Source: an uncultured virus (IMG/VR IMGVR_UViG_2778261060_000013)
Lineage: Duplodnaviria > Heunggongvirae > Uroviricota > Caudoviricetes
Reading direction: 5' to 3' (one strand)
IMG/VR virus record: IMGVR_UViG_2778261060_000013
Length of the DNA stretch: 64,000 nt
Shown: positions 51,249 through 59,121 of the stretch, piece after piece
Layout of the letters: each line of letters starts with the position of its first letter
How positions within the stretch are numbered: position 1 is the first letter of the stretch
The notes under the pieces: model-generated
Told to the model about the DNA's origin: nothing
Database searches by the model: none
Seen by the model: the letters and a program-made list of their open reading frames with translations, nothing else
Made by a program: the position numbers and the translations under genes

Positions 51249-52348
51249 GTTTTAACGCGCCAGATATAAGACAGTTTAAGTTGACCGGAAGTACGGTTGG
51301 AGATGTACACTTTCCAAAAGTGAAGCTTCTTTTACCTTTCAATGGCTCAAACGGTGCAACGTCAACGACTGATAGTAGTAATAGTAATAATTCAGTGACT
51401 TTCGTTGGTACTGCTCAAATATCCACGGCGCAAAGCAAGTTCGGCGGCAGCAGTATGTTGTTCGACGGTGATAGCGATTATTTAACTGTAACTAATAGTA
51501 GTTTTAGCACTTTTAATGCGTCCGGTGCGACGTTTACTATAGAATTTTGGGTTTATTTTAACTCCATAAGTGGACAACAAGACTTTGTAATGAATTATGC
51601 TAGTTCTAGTGGTGGGCTAATAATTAGAAAAACTAGCGGGCATGTCATACAGACAAACTTATCGGGAGATGGTGCTGATATAACTGGTACGACTACGGTG
51701 TCAACTGGCCAGTGGTATCATGTAGCATTATCTGGTTCTAGTGGAAGTTATAAGTTGTTTTTAAATGGTACCCAAGAAGGCAGTACTTATACGGGGGCAC
51801 TTGGGGCTGGTAGTAGTACTTATCAAATAGGAGCCTTTTACTGGTCGAGCACTCTTTATAATCCCCTGAATGGGTACTTGGATGATATGCGTTTCACCGC
51901 TGGTCTAGCAAGATATACTTCAAACTTTACTCCGCCAACTTCTGCCCATTCAACTTCCGCCGGAGATGCAAATAAACAAATAATTGTAAACTCCGACGCG
52001 GATGGAGTTGATGTAGGAACCGGCGGAATAAACCAAGCACGGATTGCAAAAGCTTGGGTTAATTTTGAGGGAACGGATACCTCTAATATAAGGGGTTCTT
52101 ATAATGTGAGTAGCATTTCTGACAGAGGTACTGGACTATTTACGGTTAATTTTTCGACAGCGATGACTGACGCAAATTATGCCGTTAATGCTACGAGTGG
52201 TCACGGCAGCGATACTGCTACGACGGCAACCGCTCGTACAGGAGGAACTATTTCGACGACGGCTTGCCATATAAGTACTGGTTACAGATCAAGCTCTTCG
52301 GTGCTTGCAGATATGAACTATAACGCGGTAACATTTTTCGGGAATTAA
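51245..52348 (+). CDS. LamG adhesin cassette 7
   Basis: Same architecture as cassette 1. Confidence 0.85.
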   Translation: MSFNAPDIRQFKLTGSTVGDVHFPKVKLLLPFNGSNGATSTTDSSNSNNSVTFVGTAQISTAQSKFGGSSMLFDGDSDYLTVTNSSFSTFNASGATFTIEFWVYFNSISGQQDFVMNYASSSGGLIIRKTSGHVIQTNLSGDGADITGTTTVSTGQWYHVALSGSSGSYKLFLNGTQEGSTYTGALGAGSSTYQIGAFYWSSTLYNPLNGYLDDMRFTAGLARYTSNFTPPTSAHSTSAGDANKQIIVNSDADGVDVGTGGINQARIAKAWVNFEGTDTSNIRGSYNVSSISDRGTGLFTVNFSTAMTDANYAVNATSGHGSDTATTATARTGGTISTTACHISTGYRSSSSVLADMNYNAVTFFGN

Positions 52349-52353
52349 AAAAA

Positions 52354-52389
52354 TTGACTTTTAGCAAAAAAAATCTATAATAAGTGTAA
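52354..52389 (+). promoter_or_regulatory. Sigma70-type promoter directly followed by a GTGTAA motif
   Basis: TTGACT (52354-59), 16 nt, TATAAT (52376-81), then GTGTAA (52384-89). Confidence 0.6.
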
Positions 52390-52398
52390 TATAATAAA

Positions 52399-52635
52399 AT
52401 GGACATCACAGGAAGAATCATTTATCCGACAGCTCCCGCAGAAGGAGAAAGCCATAGCGGTGTCGCAGTAGTTGTCCCGGCTCCTCAGGCCGTCGAACGA
52501 GGCGAAACCCATGAAGAGTTTATGGCTAGAATTGCCGCTAAAGACGTACCCGCAGGAGTTCCTTATCAAATTATCCCTATCGGCGACCTCCCTGCCGACA
52601 GGTATTTCAGAAACGCTTGGGAGTATTCGGAGTAA
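52399..52635 (+). CDS. Tail fibre assembly protein
   Basis: IAAKDVPAGVPYQII...DLPADRYFRNAWE. Confidence 0.7.
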   Translation: MDITGRIIYPTAPAEGESHSGVAVVVPAPQAVERGETHEEFMARIAAKDVPAGVPYQIIPIGDLPADRYFRNAWEYSE

Positions 52636-52641
52636 TAAATT

Positions 52642-52914
52642 ATGCCAATCGGAGTAAATATCCCAAAAGCTAAGGAGCTCCAGAAGGAGCGCTTTCGCCA
52701 AGTTCGCAAGCCGCTTTTAGAGGCACTAGATATTGATTATCAACGTGCTGACGAAGCAGGGGACGCATCCAAGAAAACAGAAATCGCCACTAAAAAGCAA
52801 GCTTTGAGAGATGTGACAAATAGCACTGCTCTTAATGACGCTACTACAGAAGCCGAAGTTCGCGCTGTGTGGGACACTGATGTTCTTGGAACTAGACCTG
52901 CCGAACATACTTAA
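52642..52914 (+). CDS. Tail fibre assembly chaperone
   Basis: RQVRKPLLEALD...KKQALRDVT...W (R..LL...D / RQALRD-type motif). Confidence 0.75.
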   Translation: MPIGVNIPKAKELQKERFRQVRKPLLEALDIDYQRADEAGDASKKTEIATKKQALRDVTNSTALNDATTEAEVRAVWDTDVLGTRPAEHT

Positions 52915-52952
52915 TTTTCCAAAAAAACTTCATATAGTGTAATTTATACTAT

Positions 52953-53507
52953 ATGAAAGTTGTCGATATCGCTGACGAAATCTTCAGAGAACTCTCTGAA
53001 CCTTCAACTTTGTCTATTCCCGCTATTGCTTACTGGGTTAGGAGCAATGTCGGAGAATTAAATAATTATTTAAACACTTCTTTTCGAGTAAGTCATTCTA
53101 CTTTTGAAATAGAAGAAAGAGTAGATGTCACAGGAAGGCAGCCTGTTTCTTTTAATAGCTCTGTAGATAATGACACTTTAGAACTTCAGTTTGAGGAAAA
53201 GGCTGTCCTTAAAAAAATGTATAACGTGCACTATTACGACCAGCAACTAAGATCGACTTTAGGAGCTGCTTCTAATGACCCGGTAGTGGAAGTAGTTTCT
53301 GATGGATCTAAAGTTCGCAAAATTAACAAAAACGAACTTAGCAAAACTTACGCATCTTTAAAAAGACAAGAGTACGAAGAGCTGAGTGATATGATTAATG
53401 CGTACAAACTAAGACTTTCGGCGCCGGTTCAAGTCGCAGGAGATGATACCACAGTTGGCGCGCACGATCCTTTCAGAACACAGCACTTTAATAGATCTAC
53501 AATCTAA
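52953..53507 (+). CDS. Putative head-tail adaptor
   Basis: Helical 184-aa protein opening the neck cluster. Confidence 0.5.
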   Translation: MKVVDIADEIFRELSEPSTLSIPAIAYWVRSNVGELNNYLNTSFRVSHSTFEIEERVDVTGRQPVSFNSSVDNDTLELQFEEKAVLKKMYNVHYYDQQLRSTLGAASNDPVVEVVSDGSKVRKINKNELSKTYASLKRQEYEELSDMINAYKLRLSAPVQVAGDDTTVGAHDPFRTQHFNRSTI

Positions 53508-53509
53508 AT

Positions 53510-53947
53510 ATGGCTTCTTTAATACCAGAGTCAAGTAAGACGGATTTCATCAATGCTTTGAACGATCACTTCGATACTTTTAAAGAAACTATAACTATAT
53601 TTAAAGAACCAAAAAAAGTTATCACTAATCAGTCTCAGAGTATATATGCTGGATATGGAGCGCAAAAAGAAATCGTTGAATATCAAACAGTTAGCAATAC
53701 TTTTGATGCTTTAGTAAATTTTAAAGAAAGACAAAACGAAGAAGTCGTCGACGATATAAAAGTAGAAGATATTAGAGGTGAAGTAAGAATTAAAGTAGAA
53801 CAAGACTGCAGAGATTATATAAAAAATAATGGCAAAACTCAGTCTATAGTTGTCCAAGGCAAGAACTACAATGTAATCACAGATGATGGCACAAGAGAAT
53901 ATCTGGGTCAGAAATATTTTGTGTTTTATTTAGAAGCTACAACCTAA
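53510..53947 (+). CDS. Putative head-closure (stopper) protein
   Basis: Size, beta-rich pattern and position. Confidence 0.5.
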   Translation: MASLIPESSKTDFINALNDHFDTFKETITIFKEPKKVITNQSQSIYAGYGAQKEIVEYQTVSNTFDALVNFKERQNEEVVDDIKVEDIRGEVRIKVEQDCRDYIKNNGKTQSIVVQGKNYNVITDDGTREYLGQKYFVFYLEATT

Positions 53948-54549
53948 TGGCAAGAAAACTTAAGTTAAATCTCCAGCAAATGCTCAAAAAACAGTTTGAC
54001 CCGAGCAAATCAAAAGCTTTGGAGAATCTAGCTTACGCCTCTGCATCTAAAAAAGTAAAGACGGCGCAGCAAATGTTGCTTCAGGAAATAGACGAGCATG
54101 AAGTTACGCAAAGCTTGGAGAACGGAACTAAAAGTTCTGCGTTAGGGTATCAAGCTAATATTTTCGAATTTTTAGGATTTAATAGAGGAGACAAGCCTGT
54201 TGAGGTATTGAGATCTGCGTACTCAAACTTCATACATCTAAAAAGGGTACCGCTTAAAAAGAAAGTAAGCGCAACTAAGATAAATTATGATTTTACAGTA
54301 AGTTATCCAAGTTTGACAGAGATATACGCACAAACTCCGTTACCTTGGGGCGGCGGACGAAGTTGGGTGAGAGCTATCGAAAAAGGTGGGGTTAGCAATT
54401 TTAATTTTACTTTGGCTAATTCAAGATTTACAACGAGCAGGTCTGGCACTGCCATTCAGTCAAAATATCAAGTAAGAGATTTTAATTATAAACCAGTTCC
54501 ATACTTATCTCCTATAATAAATAAATTTAGAGCTAACTTAGGATTATGA
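53947..54549 (+). CDS. Putative neck/tail completion protein
   Basis: Basic 200-aa protein in the neck cluster. Confidence 0.45.
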   Translation: MARKLKLNLQQMLKKQFDPSKSKALENLAYASASKKVKTAQQMLLQEIDEHEVTQSLENGTKSSALGYQANIFEFLGFNRGDKPVEVLRSAYSNFIHLKRVPLKKKVSATKINYDFTVSYPSLTEIYAQTPLPWGGGRSWVRAIEKGGVSNFNFTLANSRFTTSRSGTAIQSKYQVRDFNYKPVPYLSPIINKFRANLGL

Positions 54550-55415
54550 AGCCACAATTTGATAACAAGGTAATGTCTAGTTTTTTCTTATGGTTTGACA
54601 ACAAACTATTAGATAAAGGCGAAGCTTTTGAAAACGTAACTGGTAAATTTTATGACGCATCTGAAGAATACCAAGGTTTTAGTACGTATGCTAGTTCGTA
54701 TTCTCAGTTCGTAGCAGATGCATCTATAACTGGAGCGACAATCCCTACGGGCATTTATGTTGGCGAAAACAATCTAGTAAATCGCGGAGAAGGTGGCGCA
54801 ACCGGTCTTTTTGATATTAATTATCTAGATGGAAAAGTATATTTTTCCGGAGATCAAACAGCAGACATAACAGGTTCATTTGCCATCAAAGATTTTAATG
54901 TATACCTAACTAATCAACCAGAAGACAAGATTCTTTTTGAAACAAAATACACAGAAAGAAATAAAATTGACATAACACCAACTGGTCTGGAAGCAGGTAC
55001 TAAAACATACCCAGTTGTATATTTAAAAAGTATGGGCAGTTCTAATGAACCGATAGCTTTTGGCGGCCAAGATCAGACAACTGTAAATGTTAGGGCTATA
55101 GTATTAGCGCAGAGTCAGTTCGAGTTAGACGCAGTTGGGTCTATATTTAGAGATACTCAAAAGACTTTAGTGCCACTCTTCGACGAAAACGAGATGCCAT
55201 TTAACTCTTTTGGTGGATACAAAGATGGAGACCAGTACAATTTCTCAACTTCTACAGCTTCTAAAGGTTCAGCTAACTCTTGCTTTATAGAAGAAGTATT
55301 TGTGTCAAATTTAGAAAGAGGGGTGCAAAGTAGGATACGAGACCTTAATCCTGATATTTTTACTAATATTATTGATTTCGAGCTTACTAAGTTCAGATAT
55401 CCCCGAGATTGTTGA
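54546..55415 (+). CDS. Putative tail terminator protein
   Basis: YPVVYL...EPIAFGG motif; directly precedes the tube gene. Confidence 0.5.
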   Translation: MKPQFDNKVMSSFFLWFDNKLLDKGEAFENVTGKFYDASEEYQGFSTYASSYSQFVADASITGATIPTGIYVGENNLVNRGEGGATGLFDINYLDGKVYFSGDQTADITGSFAIKDFNVYLTNQPEDKILFETKYTERNKIDITPTGLEAGTKTYPVVYLKSMGSSNEPIAFGGQDQTTVNVRAIVLAQSQFELDAVGSIFRDTQKTLVPLFDENEMPFNSFGGYKDGDQYNFSTSTASKGSANSCFIEEVFVSNLERGVQSRIRDLNPDIFTNIIDFELTKFRYPRDC

Positions 55416-55479
55416 TTTTTATTTCTCTTTTGGCGATATTAACTGTAATATCAAATAACAACTTTAAAAAGGTTTTAAC

Positions 55480-56721
55480 ATGGCTAGAAACAGAGTAATT
55501 TATCAAAGTGAGGCTTTATTCGTAGGCCAGAAGACTGGTGTGACAGACGCTCATACTTCTGCAGGCGACATTAAGCAGCTTCATAGAGTCCAGTCGGCCA
55601 ACTACGCTTTCAGCGTAGCCCGAACTGATGTCAATCAATTCGGCGAACTCGCTGCTATTGATAGAGTAGTATTAGACACTCCAACAGTAAGTTTGGACTA
55701 TTCTTACTTATTGTCGAATATGTCTAATGAAGAAAACATGGGCTTTTTTGTTAACACAAAAGAAGTAGGTACAAGCAGTCTAGTTTCTGCTCTTTCTGGT
55801 ATTCTTAATAAGACAGAAGATGAAAGAAACTACTTCATTCAAACTTCTCGCGAAGGTGAAGATGCGGTCGGAGACACTACTAGAGATAACGCAGGCGTAG
55901 CAAGAGGTAGCACAATAGGAATTGGTAACGGATTTGTAACTTCTTATAGCTCAGAAGCTTCTGTAGGAGGTTTTCCAACCGTTTCTGTTGCTGTAGAAGG
56001 TATGAACATGCTTTTCTCTACAGGAACTCAGAACGTTCCTAACCCCGGCATAAATAGAACAGATGGCTCCGCGTCTACCACAAAGATTAGCTTGCCGACT
56101 GTCAGCGGAGACTTTAAAGATTCTAGCGAGCAAAGTGGTATACTTTCTATCAGTACTCTTCGCCCGGGAGACATCACTATTAAAATAGCAGAACATTCTA
56201 CAGATGGTTCATTTGGAAGTGATGACTATGATCTCGGAGGCGCTAAGCTTCCAGCAGCTGACGGAGACACGACAAACTCCGCAAACATTCAAAGCTATAA
56301 CATTTCTTTTGACTTAGGCAGAACACCAATTCAAAGACTTGGTAATAGATTTGCATTTGCTCGTGAGGTTGACTTTCCTGTTAATGTTAGCTTGAGTCTT
56401 GACGCTATCATGACAGACCTTACAACTGGTAACCTTAACGATCTAGTTGATTGTGAAAAGTCTTACGACATTCAAATACAACTTAAGGGAATCACGGGAT
56501 CTGCTTGCGATACAGTTAAGACTGATGTCGCAGCTTATGTTCTGAAAAATATGAAGCCAGATTCACAATCTTATAGTTCTTCAATCGGAGACAATAAGAC
56601 TGTTACTTTAGACTTCTCAACTCAAATCGGTGGGCCAAGAGATACAAACGCAGGTGTATTCTTCAAGGGCGTTACTCAAACTCAAGCTCCTTCTGATATG
56701 GACGGATCCTTCGCAAGCTAA
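55480..56721 (+). CDS. Major tail tube protein (internally duplicated fold)
   Basis: Position between neck and chaperones/TMP; halves QSANYAFSVARTDVNQFG and QSYNISFDLGRTPIQRLG. Confidence 0.75.
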   Translation: MARNRVIYQSEALFVGQKTGVTDAHTSAGDIKQLHRVQSANYAFSVARTDVNQFGELAAIDRVVLDTPTVSLDYSYLLSNMSNEENMGFFVNTKEVGTSSLVSALSGILNKTEDERNYFIQTSREGEDAVGDTTRDNAGVARGSTIGIGNGFVTSYSSEASVGGFPTVSVAVEGMNMLFSTGTQNVPNPGINRTDGSASTTKISLPTVSGDFKDSSEQSGILSISTLRPGDITIKIAEHSTDGSFGSDDYDLGGAKLPAADGDTTNSANIQSYNISFDLGRTPIQRLGNRFAFAREVDFPVNVSLSLDAIMTDLTTGNLNDLVDCEKSYDIQIQLKGITGSACDTVKTDVAAYVLKNMKPDSQSYSSSIGDNKTVTLDFSTQIGGPRDTNAGVFFKGVTQTQAPSDMDGSFAS

Positions 56722-56741
56722 TATTTAGGAGATAAAACATT

Positions 56742-56957
56742 ATGGCAAGAGACGCAGAGTATTGGAGAAGAAGACATGGTGCGAAAACGGAGGCGGAACT
56801 TTCCGCCCCGGCACCAGAACCGACCCCGGAGCCACCCGCTCCCGCACCGGAACCAGAGCCAACGCCGGAACCAGAGCCCGAGCCAGAGCCACCCGCTCCT
56901 GAGCCAGCTCCAGAGCCGCCTGCTCCGGAACCAGCTCCGGAAGCTCCTGAGGAGTAA
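56742..56957 (+). CDS. Pro/Glu-rich microprotein
   Basis: AGGAG RBS; MARDAEYWRRRHG followed by PE/PAP repeats; ends before a terminator. Confidence 0.7.
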   Translation: MARDAEYWRRRHGAKTEAELSAPAPEPTPEPPAPAPEPEPTPEPEPEPEPPAPEPAPEPPAPEPAPEAPEE

Positions 56958-56963
56958 AGTTAG

Positions 56964-56989
56964 AAAAGCCCCCGAAAGGGGGCTTTTTT
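56964..56989 (+). terminator. Rho-independent terminator
   Basis: AAAAGCCCCC-GAAA-GGGGGCTTTTTT. Confidence 0.9.
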
Positions 56990-57041
56990 ATTATTTTTGT
57001 GTGTAATTATTTATAGGTAAAAGGTACAGTAAAGGTATATT

Positions 57042-57272
57042 ATGGAAAAAGATATTGTCGAAAACTTTTTCTCGTTTCAGTTAAAGAGAAAAATTACAGG
57101 ATTATACAAGTCCTTCTTCTTCATTCTAGAAGATTTAAATTCAGAAGGTATAAAGATTCCCGAAGAAAACTATAAAAGAATACGCAAACGTATCCTTGAT
57201 CAAGGGAACGATACTATTCGCGAGCTAGAAGAATATTTTGACAAATATCTTGAATTCCATAAAAATAAATAA
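57042..57272 (+). CDS. Hypothetical protein
   Basis: 76-aa ORF after GTGTAA at 57001 and AAGG. Confidence 0.6.
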   Translation: MEKDIVENFFSFQLKRKITGLYKSFFFILEDLNSEGIKIPEENYKRIRKRILDQGNDTIRELEEYFDKYLEFHKNK

Positions 57273-57273
57273 G

Positions 57274-58053
57274 ATGAAAAGGTTATACGAGTTTACTCTT
57301 AAAAAGAAAGAGCAAGTTGAAAAGGAAGTCCCGGACGTAAATAAGGACGGCGAGGAAATTACAGCTAAGAAAACTGTAGAAGAAGAAGTTGAGAAGAAGT
57401 TCTTTTTACGCAGACCTACTCGCGCGATGTTAGACGAGGGAGAACTTTATTATGGTGTTGAGTTAGGTAAAGCTATCCGCGCTGGAATGATAACTCGGCC
57501 GCTACTTCACAAACGTTATACTAACGATGGTGGTATAATGAATGAACTTCAGCAGAAAGCTTTTGACGAAATAACAAAAGAGCTGCGAGAGATATATGCT
57601 GAGCAGGAAGTAATCAATCAAATTGATGAAAAGAAAAGAACCAACGCTCAGAAGAAAAAGCATAAAGAGCTAGAAGACAAAGCCAAGCCATATCTTGAAA
57701 CTATGAGAAGATATAACATGGCAGAAGAATCTATTTTTGAAGATACTGCAGAATCCCGCGCCAGAAACAAAGCTATCCTATGGTGGGTATTGTTCATGTC
57801 ATATAATGATGACGAAACACCATTTTTTGATAAGGGAGACTTTGACGATAGAATCGAAAAATACGATGAAATCGACGAAGGCCAAGACCCTTTTCTGACT
57901 TCTGCTGTAGCAGAGTTTACCTATAATATTAGTTTGTGGTACTTTGCGCGTCCTAATAGCACCGAACAGTTCGAAGAGTTAAAGAAAGGTGTTAACGAAT
58001 TAGAAGAAGAAGAGGAGGAGCCAAAGGAAGACAAAAAGGCTAAAAAGAAGTAA
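57274..58053 (+). CDS. Putative tail assembly chaperone
   Basis: Between tube and TMP; FFLRRPTR; start trimmed to ATG 57274. Confidence 0.55.
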   Translation: MKRLYEFTLKKKEQVEKEVPDVNKDGEEITAKKTVEEEVEKKFFLRRPTRAMLDEGELYYGVELGKAIRAGMITRPLLHKRYTNDGGIMNELQQKAFDEITKELREIYAEQEVINQIDEKKRTNAQKKKHKELEDKAKPYLETMRRYNMAEESIFEDTAESRARNKAILWWVLFMSYNDDETPFFDKGDFDDRIEKYDEIDEGQDPFLTSAVAEFTYNISLWYFARPNSTEQFEELKKGVNELEEEEEEPKEDKKAKKK

Positions 58054-58075
58054 TTTAGTTGTGTTAAAACCAAAT

Positions 58076-58099
58076 GCCCCCCTTAACCGGGGGGCTTTT
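58076..58099 (+). terminator. Intrinsic terminator/attenuator
   Basis: GCCCCCC-TTAACC-GGGGGGC-TTTT. Confidence 0.7.
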
Positions 58100-58103
58100 C
58101 TTT

Positions 58104-59102
58104 ATGGAAAAACAGTATCTAAAGTTAATATTTTCTGAAATTATAGAAGGGTATTCTTTAGTAAACTCTAAACTGTTTGGGGAACTAAAGATTAAACATA
58201 TTAATAACTTCGATGCTGCAAAAACAGATATAAAAAATCATTACTACTTTGAGAAAGCTGTAGATCAAGGACTGCCAAAACGAGAAGAAAAGATAGAGTA
58301 TTTAATTAAAGAGAAACTGTGGGATCCTGAAAAAGATAAAGAAGCTACTCGTTTAGAAGAGATGCTAAAAGGCATGAGAAAGACTAAATCTAAACTCATA
58401 CTTCAAACCCAGATAGACGCAATAAAAAAAGAAATAGAGGAAAACGAAAAAAACCTAAATCAAATCTTAGCAGAAAAAGAATCTATTATAGGTTTTACCG
58501 CAGAAGAATACGCAAATAGAAGAATAAACGAGTATTATATGCATGTGTCTATTTTAGACAAAGATGAAAATCAGTTGTTTAAAGAAGATGAGTTTGATGA
58601 ACTAGAGGAAAACCAAGTTCAGGAGATAATGTATGTATACGGCAAAAACAATGAAAAGTTTAAAGCAGAAATTTTAAAAAAAATAGCTCTGTCAGACTTT
58701 TTTACAAATATCTTTTATCTATGCGATGACAATCTCTACAACTTCTACGGAAAGCCTGTAATAAATCTCACTTTTTACCAGATAGAAATATATAGTTATG
58801 GTAGATATTTTAAGAGTATTATTCAGAACTCTGAGGATAAGATTCCAGACCACATAGTAGAAGATCCCGAAAAACTAATAGAGTGGGCACAGTCTAGCAA
58901 GAACGTCAAAGAAGCCCTAGAAAGAAGTTCTGTGGGCGATCAAGAGGGCGCCGCGTCTAGTATCGTAGGAGCTACGACGCAAGACCTAGCAAAAGCAGGT
59001 ATCAACAAAGACGAGGATGTTATAGATATATCTAAAGCCGCGCAAGAAAAAGGCGGTAGATTGACTATGGAAGATATGATGAAATTACACGGTGTTAAGT
59101 AA
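58104..59102 (+). CDS. Putative second tail assembly chaperone
   Basis: Directly upstream of TMP; GKPVINLTFYQ, IVEDPEKL; start MEKQYLK. Confidence 0.55.
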   Translation: MEKQYLKLIFSEIIEGYSLVNSKLFGELKIKHINNFDAAKTDIKNHYYFEKAVDQGLPKREEKIEYLIKEKLWDPEKDKEATRLEEMLKGMRKTKSKLILQTQIDAIKKEIEENEKNLNQILAEKESIIGFTAEEYANRRINEYYMHVSILDKDENQLFKEDEFDELEENQVQEIMYVYGKNNEKFKAEILKKIALSDFFTNIFYLCDDNLYNFYGKPVINLTFYQIEIYSYGRYFKSIIQNSEDKIPDHIVEDPEKLIEWAQSSKNVKEALERSSVGDQEGAASSIVGATTQDLAKAGINKDEDVIDISKAAQEKGGRLTMEDMMKLHGVK

Positions 59103-59121
59103 AAAAAGTGTAATTTAATAC

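Larger units (their letters stand above)
39987..52057 (+). repeat. Seven dispersed copies of a 111-nt hinge (39987-40097, 41100-41210, 47149-47259, 48322-48432, 49485-49595, 50628-50738, 51947-52057)
   Basis: Encodes HLTSAGDVNKHIVVNSDADGVAIGTGGINQARIAKAW with few substitutions and no indels. Confidence 0.9.

Noticed and set aside
39294..52348. Diversity-generating retroelement acting on the cassette genes
   Set aside because: No reverse transcriptase in the window; differences among repeats are mostly synonymous and not adenine-specific; no non-coding template repeat seen
58000..58110. Programmed frameshift between the two tail chaperone genes
   Set aside because: No clear slippery heptamer before the stop, and a hairpin plus a separate ATG lie between the genes
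52953..59102. Contractile tail sheath gene
   Set aside because: No sheath-like protein recognised next to the tube; a non-contractile tail is more likely, though genes outside the window are unseen
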